From the IMG/VR virus record IMGVR_UViG_3300030116_004023: DNA of 64,000 bases; one strand, written 5' to 3'. This document shows, one piece after another, positions 37,790 to 48,100 of this stretch. This DNA is from an uncultured virus (IMG/VR IMGVR_UViG_3300030116_004023) (Duplodnaviria > Heunggongvirae > Uroviricota > Caudoviricetes). A program made the translations under genes and the position numbers. A model generated the notes under the pieces. That model saw only the letters and a list, made by a program, of their open reading frames with translations. It made no database searches and had not been told where the DNA came from. Numbering within the stretch: the stretch's first letter is position 1; the number at the start of each line of letters is the position of its first letter.

Positions 37790-38036
37790 CTAATATATCC
37801 TCAATCTTAGCGTCTATCTTCTCTTTTAGGACATCCCAAACAACGTCAGCTACTTTTTTAGCGTCTTCTATTTGAGGTTCTATTGGTAGTTCTGTGTCAA
37901 TTTGGTCTATATTCAAATCAACTCTACCATATTGATTTAGGTCTATTGCTCCTACCCTAAATGTAAATCCTAAATGTCCACTAACTTTTGCCATCATCTT
38001 CTCCTTTATCACTAAAATGCAATAACAACATTGCAT
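37776..38036 (-). CDS. Hypothetical protein (start probably MAKVSG)
   Basis: AAGGAG RBS before the internal Met. Confidence 0.55.
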   Translation of the reverse strand: MQCCYCILVIKEKMMAKVSGHLGFTFRVGAIDLNQYGRVDLNIDQIDTELPIEPQIEDAKKVADVVWDVLKEKIDAKIEDILDEGK

Positions 38037-38253
38037 AATGTATTATTTTTAGTATATCTTTTCTAGGTGTGCCCTTCTTATCATATCTTGAAGCATACTT
38101 TAGAATGTTCCCTCGACAGAAAGCTTTAGCATCACCACAGGCTTCTATGAAGTCTAAGGTCTGTACCTCTCCCTCACTGTAGTGCTGGTCATATGTATTG
38201 TTTACATAAGCACTAATTTCTTCAATTATTTCATCTTCGTTATATTTGCCCAT
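37981..38253 (-). CDS. DUF3310 (SaV-like) protein
   Basis: HY...FCRGNILKYASR..KKG...DILK..HY. Confidence 0.85.
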   Translation of the reverse strand: MGKYNEDEIIEEISAYVNNTYDQHYSEGEVQTLDFIEACGDAKAFCRGNILKYASRYDKKGTPRKDILKIIHYAMLLLHFSDKGEDDGKS

Positions 38254-38276
38254 TGTTATTATATTCTATCAGTTTT

Positions 38277-38861
38277 TTAGTCCCAGTCAATTATTTTAGA
38301 CCATGAATCTGAATTGCATAAGTACCTTAAACTAGCAACCGAGTTAAAAGATTTAGCTGTACTAAGATTCCAAAAAGCTGTTTTCCTTTGTTTAGCATTT
38401 TTATCAAACAATAATGCATCATCAGTATAAACTCTTAGGTCTTCAACCGTAACCATTCCTAACATACATATTTCATTATCACTCAATTTTATGTTTATAA
38501 TCTCAGCACTTTGAGGATTTTTAGAAACTAGAGGAAACATCCCATAGTTTACTGTTTTAATCCCAACGTCAAACCCAGCGTGTTTCAAGTCAGGGTTTTT
38601 GAATGTAGTCGACTTACCAACATTCCAATTAACAACTTTAATCCCTAATAACTCTTCTAAAGCTAGTTCTCCTAATGTCCCTGTAAGAAACCTTTTGTAA
38701 ACACTTTTCGAATCAGTTTTATGATGTCTTTCTTTTGCTTTCGCCTTAATAACTTTGTTTGTGAAGTCTTTCGCCTTTTGAATATCAGAGTCTTTTAGAG
38801 TAATAATTATCCCAGAAGTTTTATTATATTCATCTTTAAAAACTGGTTTAACTCCAATCAA
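38277..38861 (-). CDS. Putative PD-(D/E)xK endonuclease
   Basis: GTLGELA...PDL...DVGIKT restriction-endonuclease-like pattern. Confidence 0.5.
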   Translation of the reverse strand: MIGVKPVFKDEYNKTSGIIITLKDSDIQKAKDFTNKVIKAKAKERHHKTDSKSVYKRFLTGTLGELALEELLGIKVVNWNVGKSTTFKNPDLKHAGFDVGIKTVNYGMFPLVSKNPQSAEIINIKLSDNEICMLGMVTVEDLRVYTDDALLFDKNAKQRKTAFWNLSTAKSFNSVASLRYLCNSDSWSKIIDWD

Positions 38862-40818
38862 TGTAATCCTCCAACGTTGTAGGTCCCAAATCTTTCTTTA
38901 CTGCCCACGACCCCTTACACACTTCCATATCTACTTGTAGCGGTATATCCAAACTGTTAGTTTGTAATATATCTCTTATAGCATATGGCACATCTTCAAG
39001 TTCTGAATCATGAATTTCACATATAATCTCATCATGAACTTGTAAAAGAATATTGCTTTTCTTATCATCAAGATATTGGTCTACTTCTAGCATACGTTCA
39101 CTCAACATATCAGCACTAGTGCCCTGTACTAGGTAATTTACACCTTTATAGGCTAAATCCGGGTTTATTCTGTACTTCCGACCGTATCTATTCTTTATCC
39201 AACCTCTTCCAGTCACCGTCTTTACTACTTCATCAAAGAAATCTTTAGACCCCTCCATACCTTCAAAGTATTGTTTTTTGTACTTCCCAGCTTCTCTAGG
39301 GGTTGTACTAAGTTGTTGAGCCAATTTTTTGTTACCTATCCCATAAATTGTCCCAAACGTAATTGCTTTTGCTGCCTGCCTATACTCTTTGAACTTATCT
39401 GATGTCTCATCTACATCAAAAGCTAATTTAGCGGCTTCACTGTGGAAGTCTACATCATCTTTGTTTAGTATTTCATCAATAGTTTTGTTTCTAAAGTAAG
39501 ACATGAACACACGTACTTCCATTTGACTGTAGTCAAACCCCACTAAAGAATAACCCTTTCTGGGAATAAACAGTCTTCGTATAGCTATCTGTGATTTATC
39601 TGTATCTGTGTATGATTCGTCACCTACAAAAGACCACGTCTTCAAAACCTCATCAGATAAATGTTCGTTCATAGACATACCCTTAGCTCCTACGGTAGCA
39701 GCAATCTTACCTTTTATTTCCTGCTTCTCATAATCAGATAAGTCTCTCTCTAGTAACTTAAAATGATTTCTAGGTATATTCTGCAAATTAGGTCCTCTGC
39801 TTGATAATCTTCCAGTAGCTGTACCCCAGTTACAAAAAGATGTATGCATAGTATCAGTATTCACATAAGGCTCTATGTATGTAGATGTTAGTTTTTCAAG
39901 CGTTCTATACTGTCTTATAAGCCCCGCTAACCTGTGGTTTATGTTTACTAAGGCAGCCTCACTCCAAGAGTCTTGTCCTTTAGGTGTTTTTACTGGTGAC
40001 TCTATTCCTAAGTCTGAAAAAATTTCACCTATCTGTTTAGGACTAGAAACATTAAATTCTTTACCCGCTAATTTATATATCTCGCTCTGAACTTCTTCTA
40101 GTCTATGTAAAATCTTAGTCTTAGTATCATTAGCATACTCAGTATCAATAGTAATTCCCCTACGTTCCATTTTGTATAAAACTTTAGTAAGCTTACATTG
40201 AAGTTCAAATACTTTTTTCTGCTTTGTTTTTATTACTTGTTTATAGTAATCGGTATATAAACGTGCTGTAAGAATAACATCTTTTTTACAGTATTCCCCA
40301 AGCACTGATGGAGGTGCCATAGAAAAGTCCTTACTCCACTTATTAGACCTAAGAACCTTTTTAGTGTCTATATCATATTGAACTGCACCCTCTCCATACC
40401 TTCGTTTGCCAGTAGGGGTAAGTCCAAGGTCTTTTATATCTGAATGTTCTATAAGTCTAACTAAAACTATTACATCAATAAGTTTTTTAGTTATAACCTC
40501 TAAGCCTTCTTTTTCTAAAAAGTGTAAATCAAATTTTAAATTATATCCTATATAAGATTCAACTTTAGAGTTTAGTAAATCAATTACTTGGGAAAGTTTT
40601 TCTGGTGTAAGATTTTCACCTTGATGGTGTCTAAAAGGATAGTATTGAGCAAGTCCATAAACATTCGGTTGACCTACACCAATACCGCATATCTGATTGT
40701 TTTTATATGGTTCTAATCCATTTGTTTCTACATCAATGACCAAGGTCGGGTCTACCTCTAAAACCGACCTCAGTTCATCAATGTCTGACTGAAAGGAGTC
40801 ATTGGTAACTACGGACAT
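38848..40818 (-). CDS. polA: Family A DNA polymerase with 3'-5' exonuclease
   Basis: DVETNG, YNLKFD, TGRLSS, DYSQMEVR, KAITFGTIYG and VHDE motifs. Confidence 0.95.
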   Translation of the reverse strand: MSVVTNDSFQSDIDELRSVLEVDPTLVIDVETNGLEPYKNNQICGIGVGQPNVYGLAQYYPFRHHQGENLTPEKLSQVIDLLNSKVESYIGYNLKFDLHFLEKEGLEVITKKLIDVIVLVRLIEHSDIKDLGLTPTGKRRYGEGAVQYDIDTKKVLRSNKWSKDFSMAPPSVLGEYCKKDVILTARLYTDYYKQVIKTKQKKVFELQCKLTKVLYKMERRGITIDTEYANDTKTKILHRLEEVQSEIYKLAGKEFNVSSPKQIGEIFSDLGIESPVKTPKGQDSWSEAALVNINHRLAGLIRQYRTLEKLTSTYIEPYVNTDTMHTSFCNWGTATGRLSSRGPNLQNIPRNHFKLLERDLSDYEKQEIKGKIAATVGAKGMSMNEHLSDEVLKTWSFVGDESYTDTDKSQIAIRRLFIPRKGYSLVGFDYSQMEVRVFMSYFRNKTIDEILNKDDVDFHSEAAKLAFDVDETSDKFKEYRQAAKAITFGTIYGIGNKKLAQQLSTTPREAGKYKKQYFEGMEGSKDFFDEVVKTVTGRGWIKNRYGRKYRINPDLAYKGVNYLVQGTSADMLSERMLEVDQYLDDKKSNILLQVHDEIICEIHDSELEDVPYAIRDILQTNSLDIPLQVDMEVCKGSWAVKKDLGPTTLEDYIDWS

Positions 40819-40835
40819 AATGTCATATGCCCTTC

Positions 40836-41519
40836 TTAGAATAAGTTCTCGTCTTCTGAATCCTCACTAGCAAAACCACCTTCAGGTACACTGAAAGTAC
40901 CATATCTCTCAAAGAAATAATCCTTGATTAGTGGTAAGCCATCAACCTCAGCCATTTTTTCCTCTGGAATCTTTTCAGATTTCGGAGTAGCTGTAATTGA
41001 ATATGAAGTATCATACATGCCTTGTCCAGTTCTCTTTACTCTAATCACACCTTTGTTCAGTGCTCCCCAGTCGCTATACACATCTACTAGCTGATTCCAT
41101 ATATAGTCACTTCGACCAAAGTTCAAAGATATGATTTTAAAGTCGTTCACATCTTCTCTATATACTTTCTTACCAGCTGGTCCTTCAACCTCTTCCCAAG
41201 TGTCATTTCGTTTCTCTGTATGAATCACATTGTGCACATATGCCCATATAGCAAACTTATGAGATGGGTAATTTTCAGACGGGATAGCACTAGTATCTAC
41301 CCTATCGTCTTTTAAGACGTTGGTAAAACCATTACCTACCCGTAATGTGTATAAATAAATTTCATCTAGAAACTTGTCATCCTCTGCCCCAGTAGCTATG
41401 GAAGATAGAAACACTTGGTCTCCGTCTTTGAACCATAACTCTCGACCCGGTGCAGTTCCAGAAGTAACTGGTTTTCTAGAGTCATCTATTTTCTTTTGAA
41501 TTTTTGCAATTCCACTCAT
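40836..41519 (-). CDS. Single-stranded DNA-binding protein (gp32-like)
   Basis: KRTGQGMYDTSYSI motif, acidic tail ending in F, between primase and polymerase. Confidence 0.7.
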   Translation of the reverse strand: MSGIAKIQKKIDDSRKPVTSGTAPGRELWFKDGDQVFLSSIATGAEDDKFLDEIYLYTLRVGNGFTNVLKDDRVDTSAIPSENYPSHKFAIWAYVHNVIHTEKRNDTWEEVEGPAGKKVYREDVNDFKIISLNFGRSDYIWNQLVDVYSDWGALNKGVIRVKRTGQGMYDTSYSITATPKSEKIPEEKMAEVDGLPLIKDYFFERYGTFSVPEGGFASEDSEDENLF

Positions 41520-41533
41520 TGCTTTTCTCCTAT

Positions 41534-42394
41534 TTAAAATATTGTTGTATTTGTCATCACCCTGTCCAAAACATCTTTGTTACGAATCTCTTGAACATCT
41601 TTATATTTTTTTGGTAACCTTAAATATGATAACAGAAATCTGTCTTTCATGTCAAATGTCGCTTTAGACATCCCTTTAGCTCCAGCAGTGTCATTATCTA
41701 ATGATAACACAACTTCTGAAGGATTCAAAGAACTAATCAACTCTAATTGTTTTTTTGATATGGAAGCACCTAATATAGCTACGCTTGGGTAACCATATTG
41801 ATGCAACCACATACAATCTAAAGCCCCTTCGACCACAAATAACTTACTGAAATTGTTTATCTTATCAACTCCAAACAGCACTTGTGATTTCCTAAACCCT
41901 TTTGAAAACATATATTTAGGTACAGCATTTTGTCTTCTGTATATCCATCCTACATAGTTTTCCGTATTGTCCCTTACTGGAATCATGAAGTCAGAAAATT
42001 TGTTTACTTTGCAACCCCAGTCATTAACTAAACTAGGTAAAAATCCTCTGTCATAAATCCAATGATTTGATGGGACTGTTCTCTTATCTTCAGGTTCTAC
42101 ATATACATTCTCAGTTTCTGTGTTTTGGTATTCATCTAGAAAAGATAGGTCTAAGTCTAATTCTTCAACCTCAAATTCTGCATTTATTTCAGACCAAGGT
42201 TTACCAGAATATTTTTGTAGAAATGATTTTAGGTTACCTTGTCCGCAACCAGCAAAACAAATCCAAACCCCTTTTTCTATATTTATAGCACATGATTTTC
42301 TTTTATCTTCATGAAAAGGACAGTTTAATAAAACTTCGTCCTCATGTTCGACATCTATGCCATACCGTAGTAATGCTGAATACCAGTCTACCAT
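41534..42394 (-). CDS. dnaG: DNA primase (CHC2 zinc finger plus TOPRIM)
   Basis: CPFH...CFAGC, VVEGALD, LDND.AG, KDV. Confidence 0.9.
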   Translation of the reverse strand: MVDWYSALLRYGIDVEHEDEVLLNCPFHEDKRKSCAINIEKGVWICFAGCGQGNLKSFLQKYSGKPWSEINAEFEVEELDLDLSFLDEYQNTETENVYVEPEDKRTVPSNHWIYDRGFLPSLVNDWGCKVNKFSDFMIPVRDNTENYVGWIYRRQNAVPKYMFSKGFRKSQVLFGVDKINNFSKLFVVEGALDCMWLHQYGYPSVAILGASISKKQLELISSLNPSEVVLSLDNDTAGAKGMSKATFDMKDRFLLSYLRLPKKYKDVQEIRNKDVLDRVMTNTTIF

Positions 42395-42585
42395 TAGCTA
42401 CGCTTCTTTGTTTTTGTTAGGAATATAACTACTTTATTTTCAAAGCCATTTTCGTCTACAACTCTTCGTTTCCGTATATCACCTACTGTAATATTAGTTA
42501 CAGGTTTACCTGCACCCTTACTTCTTCCTGTTGTAACTATAATGTCTTCTTCGCTATCTCCTGTAATCCATGATAAAATTCCCAT
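42394..42585 (-). CDS. Hypothetical protein
   Basis: 63 aa, AAGGAGG RBS. Confidence 0.6.
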   Translation of the reverse strand: MGILSWITGDSEEDIIVTTGRSKGAGKPVTNITVGDIRKRRVVDENGFENKVVIFLTKTKKRS

Positions 42586-42596
42586 GTTATACCTCC

Positions 42597-43856
42597 TTAA
42601 AATTCATCATCGTCCCAATCCCAATCTGAGATTTCGTTTATTGTACCATTGTCTACACCCCACTGCATTACCAGATTATCTTGTGCTAACTCACCATCTC
42701 GATACTTTTGGAACTGAACTAGTCTTTTATCGTCATGGTGTTCGACCTTAGCTAACGCTACTGCCACATCTGATGAACGTATCAAAGCGTCCCCAAAAGC
42801 AACTTGTGCTGCTGATGGTGGAACGTAAACGTTTTCTGCGTCCCTGTTTGCTTGTGTTGATACCATAATTGGAGTGTTTGTTGATATGGCTAAGTTTTTT
42901 AAGCCATAGAAAATACCATGAGATTGCTCCCATGCTGCCTTATCAGTGTCTTTTGTAGTCAATAAATAAACCCCATCTATAACAACAAACTTTGGGTGGT
43001 GTTTTCTAATAAGACTTGCAATTGATTCTAAAGATATACCCGTTTGACCAGCTATACCATCACAAATCAATAGAGAATGTTTGTTTGATTCTTTTAAAAA
43101 TTTTATATATGAATCAATATTTATATCATCACCATGTCTTAGTGCCCTATGAGAAAAATTATACCCCATCATTTTAGCTAGAGTTACATCTAATCGCATT
43201 GCGATCTGAGTATTAGGCATTTCTGTAGATATAAGTAATGTTTTATGCCCATTATAAACAGCTGTTGCTGCAGAGTGAACGCATAACCATGTTTTACCTA
43301 TGGTTGGACGAGCAAATGCCGCTATTAGTTCTCCGGGCTGCCACCCAATACCAGCTTGGTTTATAAAACTAAAGCTTGTAGGCACTCCCATAAGACCATC
43401 ACCCATTTTACGTCTTCTGGTTCTTTCTTTCCATTCGGCTAATCTATCTGTTTCCCCATCATCATAGGTCTGAATATCTTCATCATAAATTAAATCCACA
43501 TCAGACAAACCACTCATTATATTTGATAGGGCTTGTTTAGGATTTTCCTTTACCAGCTCTCTTTGTTGTTGAACCGTTGTTACTACAGCTCGTTGTAACA
43601 CTTGATTTTTAAATATATCTAAAGCATATTCTAATGATTGTGTTTTTGCAGATGGATTCAATGATGGGAAGTTCTCGATTAAAACTTCTTCACTAGGAAA
43701 AGTATCATACTTATCTAAATACTCTCCTAAAAACTTAAAGGCATCCCCATGTTTAGCAAAATCATTGGAATGATAGGTAAAGTTTTTCAACTTGTCGTAA
43801 TCGGTAATACCAAATATGATAGCTGATTCTATAAATTCATAACTGGGGCTAGACAT
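42597..43856 (-). CDS. dnaB: DnaB-like replicative helicase
   Basis: ARPTIGKT, STEM, VIDG, QANR and K.RDG motifs. Confidence 0.9.
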   Translation of the reverse strand: MSSPSYEFIESAIIFGITDYDKLKNFTYHSNDFAKHGDAFKFLGEYLDKYDTFPSEEVLIENFPSLNPSAKTQSLEYALDIFKNQVLQRAVVTTVQQQRELVKENPKQALSNIMSGLSDVDLIYDEDIQTYDDGETDRLAEWKERTRRRKMGDGLMGVPTSFSFINQAGIGWQPGELIAAFARPTIGKTWLCVHSAATAVYNGHKTLLISTEMPNTQIAMRLDVTLAKMMGYNFSHRALRHGDDINIDSYIKFLKESNKHSLLICDGIAGQTGISLESIASLIRKHHPKFVVIDGVYLLTTKDTDKAAWEQSHGIFYGLKNLAISTNTPIMVSTQANRDAENVYVPPSAAQVAFGDALIRSSDVAVALAKVEHHDDKRLVQFQKYRDGELAQDNLVMQWGVDNGTINEISDWDWDDDEF

Positions 43857-44089
43857 TATATTCCTTCTCTAGTGTATAAAACTCTATTATTTTCATTATG
43901 TATATAATAGTTTATATCATTAGTTGAAATTTTGTCAATAAAGTCTTTGGCTTCATCAAATGTGTTGAACTCAGCTTCCAACCAAAAATCAGAATGTTTT
44001 TCGGCTAAAACTCTAAAGGTTTCTTGAGGAGTTCGTACCCTATCTTTTTTCTGTATCAGTCTTCCTCTACGTCTCGTCCTTCTCGGCAT
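43856..44089 (-). CDS. Hypothetical protein
   Basis: 77 aa, translationally coupled to the helicase. Confidence 0.55.
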   Translation of the reverse strand: MPRRTRRRGRLIQKKDRVRTPQETFRVLAEKHSDFWLEAEFNTFDEAKDFIDKISTNDINYYIHNENNRVLYTREGI

Positions 44090-44591
44090 TTCTATCCTTT
44101 AATTCTTGTAGCTTATCTCTAAGCGACTGTCTAACCTTATAGGCTGATTCACCTAAATCCTCTGTAATTTCTTCCATAGTTAGACCTTCTAACTTTAGTT
44201 CTAAAAATAACTTTTCTTTTTCATTCAAACCTTGAGCATGTATCCATATATCAGCTTCTACTTCTTCTGTGTAGTTTTTAGGTTCAACCATAGCTGCAGC
44301 AATTTCTTTGGGGATTGTATTACTCCCATCAAAAGTAAGGTCTATACTTCTAGCTATAGGTTTACGTTGTGCTTTTGTAATTAGTGTCCTAATTGTATTG
44401 ACTAAAGAAGTATGTAAGTATGTATGGAAGATAGCTCCTTTGCTGTCATCATACGCACGGGCTGCTTTTATTAAAGCTATTCTCAGTTCTTGTGCTAAAT
44501 CTTCTTTATCTAATCCTACAACGTAAGAATTTGATGACATTTTTTGAATTTTAGGCTCCCATTGGGCAACCAGCTCGTTATTAATTTCCAT
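44067..44591 (-). CDS. Phage sigma70-family sigma factor
   Basis: EDLAQE.RIALIKAARAYD..KGA.F.TY region 2; C-terminal HTH EGLTMEEI. Confidence 0.85.
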   Translation of the reverse strand: MEINNELVAQWEPKIQKMSSNSYVVGLDKEDLAQELRIALIKAARAYDDSKGAIFHTYLHTSLVNTIRTLITKAQRKPIARSIDLTFDGSNTIPKEIAAAMVEPKNYTEEVEADIWIHAQGLNEKEKLFLELKLEGLTMEEITEDLGESAYKVRQSLRDKLQELKDRNAEKDET

Positions 44592-44625
44592 ACTTAAATA
44601 TTAGCAAATTTTTATAAAAACACAA

Positions 44626-45021
44626 TTATTTAGATAAAGCTTTTTCAGAGTTAGCCTTCTTAAAGCAAGACATACTACAGTAAATACTATCCCTATATCT
44701 TTTTTTGTAGAAAGGTATCTTACAAAACCCACATTCTATTTTAATATTATAGTACGAAAACCTACATTTACCTTTATGAATTTTGCTATTACCAACTAGT
44801 ATTGGTTCATTGCAAGCTAAACAATAGTTTACTTTACGTTTTTTTACTCGCAAAGTTGGCATGTTGTTCTTTTTTAGGACTTTATAGATATATTGCCTAC
44901 TAAACCCAAAAGCTTCCCCTATTTCTTGTAGAGTATCAAATGGGTTATCTTGACGATGTTGAATGATTTTAGAAATCGTCAACTGACGCTTGGCTTTTTT
45001 CGTAGTTTTTGACAATTGCAC
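44626..45021 (-). CDS. HTH plus zinc-finger DNA-binding protein
   Basis: TLQEIGEAFGFSRQYI HTH; CLAC, H..C, CGFC and YCSMSC. Confidence 0.7.
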   Translation of the reverse strand: MQLSKTTKKAKRQLTISKIIQHRQDNPFDTLQEIGEAFGFSRQYIYKVLKKNNMPTLRVKKRKVNYCLACNEPILVGNSKIHKGKCRFSYYNIKIECGFCKIPFYKKRYRDSIYCSMSCFKKANSEKALSK

Positions 45022-45175
45022 TTATCTCATTTTTCCAGTGTGTTGATAAATAATCTGCATCTATTGTAGATGATATGGGACCTATTTCCCAACCACCTTT
45101 TATATGATTAGATGCGGCAACAACTCTAGCCCATTGAGCTTCTGTAAATGTTACTGTTATTGTGGTATCAGCCAT
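44969..45175 (-). CDS. Small hypothetical protein following the tail protein
   Basis: 68 aa, TAATG coupling, AGGAG RBS. Confidence 0.55.
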   Translation of the reverse strand: MADTTITVTFTEAQWARVVAASNHIKGGWEIGPISSTIDADYLSTHWKNEISAIVKNYEKSQASVDDF

Positions 45176-48100
45176 TAGTTATTCTCCTTTAGTTTTTCTA
45201 TTTCTTCTTTTAGTTTTTTTATTTCCATTAGTAATAATAAAGATAGTCTATCATAAGCTAAACTTTCTACTAAACCATCTTGATTATAATGTACTATTTC
45301 AGGATAAATTTTTTCTACATCTTCTGCTACTAATCCAAAACCTTTTTCACCCTCTGTGTCGGTGTTTTCATTATATTCAAAATCAATCGGTTTTAAGTCA
45401 TACACCTTACTTGAGTCTAATGCTGTTTCAACAATATTTCTTTTGTATCTTTTAGATGATGAGTCAGTTCCTAATTGCCCACTAGAAGTGTTTATAACAG
45501 CATTTGTACCTGAAATTGATGAATGTGCTACGTTTATCCCACTTGAGTGTACTACTAGTGTAGTAGAGTTATTCAAGGAAAACCCAATTGTATTACTAGT
45601 CGTTCTATACATTCCTGTGTCTGGGTCTGATGCAAAAGAGAATCCGGGTAGAATAGCACCACCATCATCAGCATAGAAGTTTCTCATCTGTGCTTGTGTT
45701 CCTGTTACTCTAGTGTTATCTCCTACATTACCACCTTTTATACCTACTAAACTCCAAGCAGCATAAGGTAAATCATAATGAACATGAGCTATAACCCTAA
45801 TATCATTGTCTTTTCTTTTTGCCACAAAGGTTGGATAATTACTTTTTGCTATTACCCTAAATGTTGTATCTCCTTTTATGTAATAAATAAAATAAACTCT
45901 TCCGTCAGAATTTAAGGCTTCTAAAGAACTAGTATCACCACCTGTAATTGAATATTTATCAGACCCTATATATATGTTCCCAGAACCCCAATTCACTTGA
46001 CTAGCAGATGACGAACTAAAAGCACAACTTGTGGTTATATTAGCATCATTTGATATGTCTATACCCGCAGGTAATCCTTCGTCAGTAGCTACCGCATCAG
46101 ATGTTTTTGAAACAATAGAAGATTTACCTGAGCCTCCCTCTTTGTTTGTATCAGCTCCTACTATATCATATCTAGTTCTACTAATTCCCTGACCTTCTTC
46201 GTATACTGACTGCGTTATTAGTGCTGTAGAATCAACATTAGCCAAATCGTTTCTTACTTTTATAGTGTCTCCAGCCCTCACAGGGATATAATACCTAATA
46301 GTTGAGCTGGTATCTACTGTACCCGTTGCCCAAGTAACTCTAACTGTAGTGGATGTAACCCTAGATGCGTACCCATATGTTCCCGATGGTTGACCATTAG
46401 AATCTAATTCAACTGCTAACATACCTCGATAAAAACCATAATTTTGAATATTTACATTACTGTCAAAAATAGTCGCTCCACTAGTATGAGTAGCAGCAGA
46501 AGTGGAATTTTGAGCTCTATTTGCAGTAATAAGTGTTTTACTATTTACTGCTGTAATGGCAAATTCTTCACTATCTATTTTTATGCGTTGCCCTACATAC
46601 ATACCTGTAGAATCTGTTACATCAATACCAGTCTCACTTGTATCTAAATCCTCATTTAATGTACCATGTAATTGTGTATTACCTATAGTTATTGTTTGGT
46701 CCGAGCCACTAGTTGTTGCTACTGAACTTGGAACATTATCAATATAAAAAGTAGGGGGATTAAACGTTGAAACATCTCCTCTAACTTCACTATTAGATTT
46801 TCTTATTAATACAGAAGCTATTTGTTCTCTTATGGCATCAGGATTGGTTTCCGCACCAGTGTCCGCATTAAATGTCCTTCGTACTCCAAATTTCATTCTA
46901 GGGCGTTCTTTTAATCTCCATGCATGACCTGAACTAGATGATGTCATTAATCTGCTGTCCGTATCATTACTAGCTGACCGCCAAATTAAAGAATTATTAT
47001 CTATTTGTTTATCAATATCGGATATCATTAAATAAGCTTCTTCTCCGGTAGAAAAATTCCCTGTAGCTCCAGCTGTATTACTTAAGTATTGTATTCTAAA
47101 AGCATTATAATAATACATAAATTGCCCATCTACGTGAGAACTTGCTGAAGTTCCATCTACACCCCTAACTACAGTTATTTGGTCATTAGCTCTATCAACG
47201 GCAGTAACCCTAAGTCTTTCTCCTGATAGTTGTACTGTAGCTCCGACTGGGATGGTGTCTGTTGGGTTATCACCAAACATACCGGTATCATTAGATTCAT
47301 CCCTTAGTGTAATAGTAGTTACAGATGAATTTATAGCATCATCTAGTTGGGCTACTAAAATACTACCCATCTCGCTACTGTCTGTTCCAGCAACACCACC
47401 TGCAATATCATAACCACTCCACAATAAGGCTCCCGCTCCCGTTGAGGACAAGCCAGTTATTTTTATAATTTCAAATACTTCTGTTTGAGGAACAGCTACG
47501 GCATCGCCTTCATCCCCCTTAGAAGACACTGCAAAACTATAAGCAGCATCAGTATAAATACTTTTTTTAGGTCTAGTTAAGTTTGCCTCTGTTATTGGAA
47601 TCATTCTACCTGTTTCTACAAAAGCTCCATCTGTTAGTGTATCAGGGGTTGGTAGTTGTAAATTCAATCCAAAGGCTGCTGGTCCTAATGAGTTTGTTGT
47701 AGGACGAGTACCTTTTTTAAAATAGTTAAAATAAGTGTCTGGTTTATGGCTGGTTGCGGTTGAGGACAAATTTGGGGCAACATAAAAATCAAATCCATAC
47801 AATTGGTCAGATGAAGTTGTTGTATGGGGTTCAGTATCTGCCGCTAAAGCTACGTGCTTTAATGCAGACCTTTTTGACCTTCCATCTAACTTATAAATCA
47901 TAGACTTTCTATATTTTTGTAAGGATTCTGTAAATCTATCATCTACAGTAAATACGTTTTCTCCATTTATATGTGTAACTGCTGTAGTTGAATTGTACCC
48001 CCTAGTCACTGTAAGAGTTGGAGCAGAAATAGCTGTGATTAACATTTGCTCATCATCTATTAAAATAACATCATTTACATTTAAATTACTAGTATCTCCT

